Assembly: GCA_004022145.1 (NCBI GenBank)
Contig: RCNU01000011.1
DNA length: 64,000 nt
Reading direction: 5' to 3' (one strand)
Source of the DNA: Paecilomyces variotii
Taxonomy: Eukaryota
Shown here in pieces: positions 1 through 10,225 of the stretch. The notes under the pieces are model-generated. The model was given only the letters and a program-made list of their open reading frames with translations. It had not been told where the DNA came from and made no database searches. The stretch's first letter is position 1. The number at the start of each line of letters is the position of its first letter. The translations under genes were made by a program, and so were the position numbers.

Positions 1-102
1 CTCCACAATCTACAACAAAGACCTTAGGCTCGTAGAGCCTTGGAGAATCTGAAGAAATGTCTACCTACATGTGGACCCTATGTACTCACTCATTGTGATC
101 TT
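1..102 (+). pseudogene. Truncated fragment of an APH/choline-kinase-like phosphotransferase gene
   Basis: Frame 1 reads LHNLQQRP*ARRALENLKKCLPTCGPYVLTHCDL, ending in an HxDL catalytic-loop-like motif; it has an in-frame stop and the expected xxxN continuation is missing. Confidence 0.4.
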
Positions 103-217
103 ACCTCACGTGCAGCACATGACCGCTGGGAGCTCAGGGGCCTCCTGCAAAAATCCTTTGTTACAAAAAGACTAGACATCACCCACGAGCGAGCTGTCTT
201 CGCTGATTTCATCAACT

Positions 218-1072
218 ATGAACAACAATGATGGCCCTGAGCTGATCGGTCTTGGCCGAACTGGACGCGTGATGCGGTACGGAAATATTGCAGTGAAAAC
301 TGCCAATATTTGGACGGCGCCCGAGGACGCGTCCGAGAGAACAAGAATTGGCTGGGAGCACATGATTGAGCTGAACATGGAGTCCCTGAAACATGAGGGA
401 CTTGTATATTGCCATCTTGGGCATGTCCAAGGCGTAATAAAGCCCTGCAAGGTCTCCGACACTGAGATTCAGATGCCATATCTACGCCAAGGGTCACTCA
501 GCGGCTATCTGCGTGCTCATAGTGATAGCGTGGACAGCATTCAACGATCACGATGGCTCCAGGAAGCTGCCCACACCATCCGTCGGGTACACGAGCGGCG
601 GGTATTGGTTGCTGACATTGCGACACGAAATTTCCTGCTCGACGAGAATCTTTCTCTCCAAATGTGCGATTTCACCGAGTCTGTCATTGTTTCGAACGAC
701 GAGGAAATGGCCAATTTCGTATCTGAAGACTTCGTTTCAGTCAAGTTCGACATTGCGCGCTTCGGCTCGATGATGTACGAGGTCACCTCCGGAAGCCGAT
801 ACGAATTCTACGTAGTACCCGAAATCGATACCGATCTAGATGACGATCCAGAGTCCAAGACATTCAAGGCGTGGCCGACTGCTGAGAAACTTCCAAATAC
901 GGATAATGTGTTCTTGGGGGGTATAATCAGGAGATGCTGGGTTAGGGACGGATTTCTCACGATGCAGGAAGTTTGTCACGCCTTGGATAATGCTGATCAA
1001 AAGCCAGCAGCCTTAAAGGCGTATGAGACGCCGAAAAGGCAAAGTCGAAGCAGGCGAAAGCATTCAATATGA
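218..1072 (+). CDS. Intronless protein kinase-like protein (284 aa)
   Basis: Gly loop IGLGRTGRV, AVK lysine, catalytic loop VADIATRNFLL, CDF(T) Mg-binding motif, DIARFGSMMYE alphaF-like helix, IIRRCW. Confidence 0.8.
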   Translation: MNNNDGPELIGLGRTGRVMRYGNIAVKTANIWTAPEDASERTRIGWEHMIELNMESLKHEGLVYCHLGHVQGVIKPCKVSDTEIQMPYLRQGSLSGYLRAHSDSVDSIQRSRWLQEAAHTIRRVHERRVLVADIATRNFLLDENLSLQMCDFTESVIVSNDEEMANFVSEDFVSVKFDIARFGSMMYEVTSGSRYEFYVVPEIDTDLDDDPESKTFKAWPTAEKLPNTDNVFLGGIIRRCWVRDGFLTMQEVCHALDNADQKPAALKAYETPKRQSRSRRKHSI

Positions 1073-1419
1073 TCGATGACGTCAGGCCCCCTTAACTACT
1101 GAGGGTACAAGCGCACTAATAGTGCAGTTGCAATAAGCAAGCGTAAGGGTAACTATTGTTGTATGTCCCGTCTCGTCCAGGAGTCCTGCGATAGAGTAAT
1201 ATAACACCACATAGGCTGTGAGCTAAATGAGCCTACCTGTCTTGTCCTCATCAGTATGTTTTCGGAAGCACCACTACGAGGCTTCCCTGTCGATGCATAA
1301 AAGTCTCACTATTCGGGTGATCACAGCCTTGTTCTTGTACCTTATCTACATCAAGTGCAATAAAATTCACTGACATATCCATAACAGTCACATCTCCTTT
1401 TTCGAGGGTCAATATATGG

Positions 1420-1675
1420 CTACCTATGGTCCTTAGTAGCTATCTGGATATTTGAGCGGTCACTACGGCTGATACGTCTTGCTTGCTACAGTATCCACGT
1501 CAGATTCTTACGGAACCCTATCGTTGCTACAAGTTCTGCAACTTACTGGAAAGACACGGATATTATCAAAGTCGAGCTCATCCCAGAGCGTGAGCTACCT
1601 AATCCAGGCCCCAGCCAGGGTATCATTACTTTCTGTATCATCCTCCGCGCTGGCGAGGATGTGAGAATCATCCAT
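1420..1675 (-). pseudogene. Decayed spliced gene remnant, product unknown
   Basis: ATG at 1675 reads MDDSHILASAEDDTESNDTLAGAWIR*LTLWDELDFDNIRVFP, followed by a clean intron 1546-1486 (GTAAGT, CTGAC, TAG). In-frame TAG stop. Confidence 0.35.
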
Positions 1676-1765
1676 TGATACTAGGTACCTGGGCACCGGT
1701 CATTTACTCAAGCGTCTCTGAAAAGATGCGAAGTTTCATATATCTCTTGATCACTCTAGTCAAGT

Positions 1766-1884
1766 ACATACGACCATAGGGTGTGGAAAACAGGGCTTCC
1801 CGTCCGCTCAGCCGTACTTAAGCCACACGCCGGCAGGTTAGTAGTTGGGTGGGTGACCACCAGCGAATCCCTGCTGTTGTATGT
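1766..1884 (+). rRNA. 5S rRNA gene, copy 1 (dispersed)
   Basis: 119-nt ACATACGACCATAGGGTGTGG...CTGTTGTATGT with complementary ends, immediately followed by T-runs (Pol III terminator); TATA-like TCATATA at about -30. Confidence 0.97.
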
Positions 1885-3123
1885 TTTTGTCTTTTTTTTG
1901 GCCTGATATTTGAAGACGTTTATTGCTACGAATCGGGAATCGGTCCTAATAATATAGCTCAAATGGCAAACAGGAAGTAAACCTTGCTAGTCATGGTCCT
2001 ACCAACACCACGCCCTCTACAATATAAACCAGACTTGATACATCGGTTCATAACGCTCCATAAGTACAGAACAAGGCAAAAAACATACAGCGGCATTTCG
2101 TACAAACTAAACCTAGCAGAATATATCCGGAGATATGCTGGAAATGTTTCCTTGGGAAGCGTACCAGGCGTTGAGACGGCGATACCACTATGCGGACCTG
2201 CGTTCATGGCGAACTAAATGCGTACTGCAATCCAGTGTCTTTTGAAGCAAGGAAGGAGGGACGTGTATTATTTTGAAGAGACTCATGGCTGGTAGAGCTG
2301 GGGTGGAACAGGCTTTTATATTTCTATGCGACTGCTCAAGGTGAAATAGTGGGGTCTTTCAAGGATTATAGTCCGAAGATACAAATTTGCCAAGGGGGAT
2401 CTGCAGCGATCTATAGAAGAGGAGCAATAGACATATCTCTTCTCAAGCAAAATATATTTCTGTTATTTTTTTTGTCTCAGGTGTAGGGAAGTATGGATCA
2501 CGTGATACATACCGGAAAATCACCGCCTCCGAGAATCGTGATCTTAGCCGGATGTCGGAGGAGATCACGAGGCTGTCATCCTACTTTTGGTTCGGTACAT
2601 AGTTCAAGCCATCAGACTGGTCAACAACAAGCTTGATCACCGTCTGGTGGTTGTGGACAGGACAGTCTTTCTCGCCCAAGCTACTATCGTTTCAATTTAC
2701 AGGTCTTGATCAGTAAAGAACCTCTGACCGCACAAGCCAAAAAGCAGTACTGTCAATTGAGTTTGTATTATACGCGCTGCCTTGATTCGAAGATTGTCTA
2801 TTATTTTGAGCTGCTCCTCTGTGCATTTCTATTGGAGACTTGTTTGATTTTGTCTTGTCTCTCCATTGTTTGTACAGTGTGCTTTTCGTTCTGCCTTTTG
2901 AAGTCGCAGATCGCCAGTACCTGTCGAAGACCAGCACTGATATATAGCGCGTGCACGAAAGTTCATGATGCTATAGTGCTTCAATTGCTGTTTTATTACA
3001 AGATCCCCGCTATTATTTGTTTCAAATCTGGTGTACATTCTTCCTGGGGCGCACGAGAGTGTAGCAGGATACCCTACTTTTCTTTCCCTTCCGGTTTATC
3101 TTTGATTTTGAGCGACTTCAAGA

Positions 3124-4764
3124 ATGGCTTCAACAATATCGCTTCACTTGATCTCAGCACCAATTCGGGCGTCAAGACAAGGTGCTAGTCTATTCACCAG
3201 GCATACATTGAGCCATGGACGCATTACTGCCTCTGTGATTGGTGCTGCTGGAAAGTCGGCTGCTTCCATCAGGACCTTCTCGAGCTTGAATTGTTCGGAA
3301 AAGAGGTATGTCTATTACCTGCAAATATGTAAAGAGAAATCAAATGCCGGTTCCTTACTCCAAACAATTTAACAGATGGTCGAGAAGTTCACGTGTGGCA
3401 AGGGAGCTGAACTTGAAACGTACAACGCCATTCCTCCAGCAAAAGAGGTGGACAACATCCAAGAAATCAACCGAAGACGACGCCAGTCCAGAGTAAGTCT
3501 CCTACGTGGTCACCTACCGTGATCGAGATTTTCTCTCTACCATGTCTTCGATGTCGTAACCTAATAACACAATCTTCAGCTCCAAAGAAGAAAGCTCACC
3601 AAAACCAAAACTGCTCTCTCGATTGCCAATCCCGACGCACGAAAACATCTACACAGTACCAAATATACTAACGTTCTCCCGTCTGGTGGCCGCTCCTGTA
3701 GTCGGATATCTCCTTGTGCATGACTACCATGGCGCTGCACTATCCTTGTTCGCTTATGCCGGTATCACGGACTTGATTGACGGTTATATCGCTCGACGGT
3801 ATAACCTGCAGACCGTTGTCGGAACTGTGATCGATCCTATGGCGGATAAACTGCTCATGACGATCAGCGTGGTATGTCTGGGATTGAATGGCTCCCTACC
3901 CGGTACGTAATTCTCCTGTTTGCATCTCATCCAGCCCTGTTTCAGTTACCGGAGAGGCTTGTATAGATTGTACTGACAATCAACACCAGCCTGGCTAGCA
4001 GTTGTGATCCTCGGTCGTGATGTCGGTCTCGCTATTTCCGCGCTCTACTATCGATGGATCTCTCTACCACCCCCAAAGACAATGGCACGGTACTGGGACT
4101 TTTCCCTCCCATCCGCCGAGGTCAAACCTACGGGAATCTCGAAACTCAACACCGCTCTGCAGCTTCTCCTTGTCGGATCAGCAATGGCGATTCCCGTGGT
4201 CCCGGAAGCTATCGCCAGTGGCTGGGGTCTCCACGAGGGCATGACCGCACTACAGTAAGTGGATGATTGATTCATTTATCGTTTCCCTTTCCCAGCACAG
4301 TCCTTGAAAGATGGCTCGGGCTGCTAGTAAGCTGCATTCGAGGATTTTCAAGCACATACGACCATAGGGTGTGGAAAACAGGGCTTCCCGTCCGCTCAGC
4401 CGTACTTAAGCCACACGCCGGCCGGTTAGTAGTTGGGTGGGTGACCACCAGCGAATCCCGGCTGTTGTATGTTTCTCTCTCTCTCTCTTTTTATTTATTT
4501 TTGCTTCTGGCTTTATGCAGTTACCTTGAGATACCATTTTTTACGCTTTCCCCCCTCTTTCGTGGCCGTCGTCATCCACCCATACAACAATCCCAGTACG
4601 AACCCAAACTAACCATCCACGTATCTAGATACATAGTTGCCACCACAACCATCTGGTCCGGTCTAAGCTACGTCTACGCCAAAGACGCAGTGAAGATCTT
4701 AACCAAAGAGGAAATCCAGAAGCGTATCACGCGAGCTGCGGCTTTGAAGAGTCGGAAGCCATGA
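3124..4764 (+). CDS. CRD1: Cardiolipin synthase (CDP-alcohol phosphatidyltransferase), 5 exons
   Basis: Basic Ser/Arg-rich mitochondrial presequence; ENIYTVPNILTFSRL; CDP-alcohol motif DLIDGYIARRYNLQTVVGTVIDPMADK. Introns 3306-3375, 3493-3579, 3903-3989 and 4255-4628 all keep the frame. Confidence 0.92.
4354..4472 (+). rRNA. 5S rRNA gene, copy 2, inside the last CRD1 intron
   Basis: 119 nt, identical to copy 1 except at nt 70 (A to C) and nt 107 (T to G); lies within intron 4255-4628 on the sense strand. Confidence 0.95.
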
Positions 4765-5585
4765 GATGATAATAGCATGCCAATCCCCGCCTTCATTCTA
4801 CGTCATGAGGTGGCTGGCTAGAGGGACTTGGTCTTTACTCAGTGCTACTACGTAAAAGCGGATTTCGGGAGCTGTTATAGTTACCAACCATGTAAAATAG
4901 CCTATAAAAAAAAGGTTCGGTTGATTTTTGGGGTTGTTCAAAATTGACTTTTGGTCACTGCATAACGGAAGTAAGAGAAGATGATTAAACAAAAAGAAGT
5001 GTATTACTACAGTACATAGACTTATATGTCTAAATAGTATCTCCTATTGATGATGCTTCGCAGAGTAAAAAGCAAGAAAGCCAGTTCTATAGCTTGAGAA
5101 GCGCAGAATTGGCATTTATTAATCCTGCTAAACTATTATAAATTCTCTTAACTTTCCCTGGGATAATATCGTGGTGGTAATATTTGCCAATACTCATGAA
5201 CATATCTATCTACCCTTCAACGCAATAGAAGAAAATGAATGATCTGAGCATGGATGACATTTGGGTACAATTGCTTTTGTGACTCCTACTAACGGATCTA
5301 TATATAACGGATCCGATCAGGCCAACTGTGGACAAAATCGAGTTCCACGGACGAAGAGTTAGAGTTGTATAGAATTGAGTTTGTAAAATGGCAGTTTGAC
5401 AGGGTCATCTCTACGAATAAGCTTAAGGCGCTGCTAGTATTATAATTCATTTTTGAAATTCAAATAGATGTGGTATAAGCTAATATTAATAATCAAACAC
5501 GCCCTCCTAACTCTAGAAATGCTTTCGACGACACAGCCACTAGCATTGCACCACTCCTCCGCATCTCATCTCATCTCACATCACT

Positions 5586-6310
5586 TTAGTTAGCCGCAAC
5601 AGGCTGGGAGCCATAGTTGCCCAGGTAGTTCTTGCGGTGGGGGTTGGCATCGAGCTCGGGACCGCGGTTCAGCGGCGTCCACTTGGGCTCATCCTGGAAA
5701 AGGCGCACAGCCTTGATATACTACCAACAAGAAAACCACATCAGCATCACTAAAATATAAAAAGCACAAAAGAACAAAAAAAGCCAGAGGCAAAAAGAGA
5801 AAAAAAAAAATCACCTACATTCTTCTCATCAGTCGTAAACCGATGATAGATACCAGGTGGGAGGACGATCAAATCATCCTTCTCGAGCGCAATGCGCACC
5901 CATTCGTCCTCTTTTCCTCGAACATCAAAGTATCCCGCTCCATCGACAATGTATCTGATCTCCTCGTCTTCGTGCAGATGCTCGTGGAAGAACGACTTGA
6001 CTTTGTCTTCGTACACCTCGCCCATCGCCTCGGGGGAGACGGTGACTTGGTCGCGGTTCTTGTAGCCCCGCTCGCGGGCGAGCTCGTTAACGTTCTCGAT
6101 GGAGGGGCATCGTCGGTAGAGGACACCGATGGAGGCTAGGTAGTCTTCAGACACGGGACGACCGGAGTCGTGGGTTTCGCGCTGGTCGCCCTGTTTGTTG
6201 GAGACATGTTGTGTTAGCTCAGGAATCTAGTGGTGGGTGCTGATTTTCTTCTCTCACAAAGAGAGAGAGGGGATACGTACCGGCTTGTTATCGTACCAGT
6301 AGGCCTTCAT
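5586..6310 (-). CDS. ADI1: Acireductone dioxygenase (methionine salvage), 3 exons
   Basis: [10 protein letters not shown] start; cupin metal motif [26 protein letters not shown]; last exon [12 protein letters not shown]. Confidence 0.95.
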
Positions 6311-6634
6311 CGTGATAATATTTGAGAGTAGTGGTAGATAGATGCAGAACGCAAGAAGCTAAGGAGGAATATCTAGAATAAGACAATCAGGTCAGGGGAA
6401 GAAATAAAGTCGTCACAACGCTTCTCTAGCCGCAGGTGTGCCTAATATGCTGTTATTCATTGGCAATTGTCAGTGTAGTTAACTGGTTAGCTGCTTAGGT
6501 CAGACTGGCCGATCTCGACTCTTCATGAAATCAAATTATTATTGATCGCTGCGGGGAAACATCGACTCTTTTCAGCCCCGCCCCGATGGCGCAAGAGAGC
6601 GGCAGAAAAGCGGAATCGGAGTCTGACCGCCTCG

Positions 6635-6643
6635 ATGAGTCAT
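6635..6643. promoter_or_regulatory. Gcn4/CpcA (AP-1-type) site upstream of ADI1
   Basis: Perfect ATGAGTCAT about 325 bp upstream of the ADI1 ATG. Confidence 0.45.
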
Positions 6644-6926
6644 GTGATCCTATACTATCCTCCTATATTATTACAAGAGTGAAGGAACCTTTTCAGTAGG
6701 CAACTCTTTTACTTTCAACTAGAATCCATGGATGCAAGTCTACTGGAGCCTAAAGCTTGCTTCCCCGGAGGAATGAGTTAGTGATATTTCTTCCAAAATG
6801 ATTCGATTCCTTGGAAGGATATCGATTCGCTCATTTCTATGACGAGGCTGTAGACTCTAGAACATAATCATGACACTGATATTCTAGGACGAGGTATAAT
6901 GTACAATCAGCACGCATGTGCACATG

Positions 6927-8505
6927 TCACGAAACAGCCACACTACCCGGCAAGGATCCTGGCATGTCGAACTGATCATTAGAAGTGCCACTGCTTTGTT
7001 GCCGGGCCAGGTTAGGGACAGCATTTCCTGCGTCGAACCCACTAGATCTCGCCGTACCATCCAATCCGGCGTCCAAGCCCATGCCTCCACGATATCTCAT
7101 GCCATGAAGATCCCGGCCAGTGTCCTCTGGTCCACGAGCCATCCGCGCCTCACTTGACCCAGGGGACCTAGGTGGCACTCCTCCAGAGACATTTCCATGC
7201 TCTCCGTCCTCGCCAGGTCTGACGCCAGTTCGGCCCATCCGGGGCCAGAAATCCGGCAGTCCGACCATCTGGACCCTCGGTTCCACGACGCGGTCCTCGA
7301 ACCAGGCGTGTATTCTGGCTTCCACCAGTTGTGCGGCCTTTGGCACATCCTGTAGACGGCTACGGGAGCCGATCAGAGAGCGCACCGAGAGGTCGAGACG
7401 GTAGTCTGGGAGGAAGGAAAACGCAAGGTTGGTCTTCGGTGTGCCCGTCGGGGGGTTCCCATTCTGATCATCTTGTGCGGTTGCATGTTGTCTCGAATCT
7501 GGCCGTCGATTCGCATCTGCATTCGCAGTGGGAGGCGACGGTGACGGAGAGGGAGTATGAGAAGGGGGAGCGGATGCGGGGACGAATGAAATGCATAATG
7601 TGCCAGAAAACCGAACAACAGACACCGACAATGCAACTGGAAGAACAGCAGAGTATGGCTTGGGGTAATTCAAGATCAATGACGTCTCAATGGCCAGCGA
7701 GAGGTTATCATCGCTGAGATCCACATCCATCAACGCTTGCAGCCGGCCGCCATCCGAATTTGGATCTTCAACAGCAATGACACGGCAATTGCTGAAGATG
7801 GGAAACTCCTCCCCTAATGATATATCGGTCACTTTTATCTCGTCGATGAAAGACGGTTTCTTTTCAGGATTATTTATAGTGGCGGTGAGAGATTCGAGAA
7901 TGGACGCTGTGGGCGAGTCTTTCAGAATATAAGCGGTCTGTCGATACTGCGCGATTGTCTGCGCAATCAGGACATTAAACCAGTCCAGCGACTCCGGCTG
8001 ATGCGAAGAGTGATGTATGCGATGTCGTCCATGTCTGGAAGACGGATTCGTAGGGATAGCGCTATAGTATGTCTTTCGAAGAATGGATCGGGTATTCGTA
8101 GCCGACGAGGGGACCGGGCGCAGGACGTTTGACGTTGAAGGCTTCTCGCGTAATGACCTTGTATTATTCTCACTGAGCGCGATATTGTGTATTGAAGACG
8201 AGCGTCGATGTGCTGCCGTGCGGCTTGCCAGACCTCGGGATGGAGCGGGAGGAGCTTCGCCGAAGATGAAGAACTTGATGAAGGCGCCTAGGAGCAGCAC
8301 GATCGACAGCTGGCCGACCAGGAGACCCTGAGTGAAGGAGAGACTGGGGTAATAGTCAGACAGGAAGCCACTGCACATATCGAACCCTGCGATATCTTAC
8401 GAGGATTGAGCCACAGCTGGGGTCTGTTCATCTGTAGAGAGCAGAGTTAGAGCGAAAGTCACCATCATGTAGAAGAAGACACTACATACTCTGCGAGAGG
8501 GACAT
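6927..8505 (-). CDS. MMM1: ERMES subunit Mmm1 (SMP domain), 3 exons
   Basis: [16 protein letters not shown] segment, [42 protein letters not shown]. Two short 5' introns give [22 protein letters not shown]. Confidence 0.95.
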
Positions 8506-9068
8506 TGTCAACGAGAGAAGAGACTCAAAGGTTCAGCCTGCGCCTACAGTCCATTGCCAATCGCCGAATATCCAGAAGACAGCTGCCAAGTTGCGGCGAC
8601 GTCAAGAACTCCGACGCGGAGAAAACAGGCGGAAAGCGAAAGCGCTCAACCTTTCGCCACGGCGCGGATCGTCGCCGCTAAACTGATTTAACGAGGCTAA
8701 GTTATCGGATCGATCGCGATCTTATCGTTCTTCGCGGGGGCGAATTACTGTACATGGACATTGGGGGGTAAAAAGGACACGGTGGATTTTTTCTTCTTGC
8801 TTTGATTTCAGACCAGGACTGCAACAGCTGATCTGCTGTCATAACTAAGAGCTGCAGCTCCAACAGAGCTGCGTTATTGGATACGAAGCATATCTTCCAG
8901 TACAACCAACAGCTTGACCATGGGATAACACTAGAATATCGATATCCCAGTGTTTCCTCAGCTGCATTACATTCATATCGAATCCACGATACTTCACGAG
9001 GCTGGATAACCCAGTCGTCATCCTCACCTACATCTCAAGTCAAAACAGTTTCGATATTAACAACAACC

Positions 9069-10016
9069 ATGATACGCTCACGAACAATCACCTCTCTCCT
9101 CCTCATCCTTTCTCTCTTATCCTCTCCAGCCCTCGCATACGGCGGCAGCTCATCCTCCTCCCAAAAACCACCAGGCAAAAACGCCATCCTCCTCTCAAAC
9201 GTCCACACCCTCACCCTCCACGGCGATCGCCTTACGACCGGACGCCGTCTCTCTCCCATCCCCCAACTAACATGCACGGGACCATCCAAGCGCATCTGCA
9301 ACCTCTATCCAATCGAGACGATGCGTTGCACGAACGTCGGCTACGACTACGACAAAGAAGACGTCCAATGGACCTGCACCGCAGACCTACCACCGGAATT
9401 CAAGCTCGGCTCTACAGACGTCGTCTGCGAAGGGTACCGGAACTCCGATGATCCATGGGTTCTGAAGGGGAGTTGTGGGGTGGAGTATCGATTACTTCTG
9501 ACGGAGCTGGGAGAGAGGAGGTTTGGGGATATAGTGCAGAAAGAGAAGTCGGGGTGGAATCAGTTGTTTTCGGTGATATTCGATCTGTTGTTCTTTGCGT
9601 TCATATGCGGGGTCATATTGGTTATATTGACGGTTATTGTGAGGGATTGTTTCGGTCTGGGGAATCGGGACGGAAGACGGAATGATGGTCGTGGAGGGCC
9701 AGGAGGATATGGCGGAGGAGGAGATGGTGGATATCCTCCAGGACCACCACCGCCATATGACTATCCGTCCAGCGGCGGGCCTTGGTATAAACCTACTTAT
9801 GGACAGGGTTGGAGGCCGGGTTTCTGGACTGGAGCGTTGGGTGGCACAGCTCTGGGATATGAAATGGGAAGACGAAACCAGGGAGGATTCTTCCGGCCAG
9901 GCCCATCGCGCCCCAGACGCTACGACTACGACGATCCCGGCGAGGGAAGTTCTAGATCTCCAAGTTTCACAACTACAACCTCCAGCACCGGTTTCGGATC
10001 AACCAGACGCCGTTGA
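9069..10016 (+). CDS. SARAF/TMEM66-like (DUF1183) membrane protein
   Basis: Signal peptide; TTGRRLSPIPQLTC, DVQWTCTADLP, VVCEGY, PWVLKGSCGVEYRL; one TM helix; GFWTG; C-terminal STGFGSTRRR. Confidence 0.88.
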   Translation: MIRSRTITSLLLILSLLSSPALAYGGSSSSSQKPPGKNAILLSNVHTLTLHGDRLTTGRRLSPIPQLTCTGPSKRICNLYPIETMRCTNVGYDYDKEDVQWTCTADLPPEFKLGSTDVVCEGYRNSDDPWVLKGSCGVEYRLLLTELGERRFGDIVQKEKSGWNQLFSVIFDLLFFAFICGVILVILTVIVRDCFGLGNRDGRRNDGRGGPGGYGGGGDGGYPPGPPPPYDYPSSGGPWYKPTYGQGWRPGFWTGALGGTALGYEMGRRNQGGFFRPGPSRPRRYDYDDPGEGSSRSPSFTTTTSSTGFGSTRRR

Positions 10017-10225
10017 GCCTTCGTGAGGCATGTTTTAACGGGGGAGGACAGTGTATAAGAATAGGAACGATTGACGATTCAAATCTCTCCATCAACTCAA
10101 TTCTATAACATGGGTATACCCAAGGGCGTATGCATCGCCGCCTGCGAACCGTAAACGCCTATCTCCAAAACGATAAAAGAGATGTTAAGCAATAAAAAAA
10201 GAATAGTACAGGTATCTTGTACCTC

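Noticed and set aside
1756..1962. Minus-strand 68-aa ORF (TYNSRDSLVVTHPTTN...)
   Set aside because: Antisense translation of the 5S rRNA gene.
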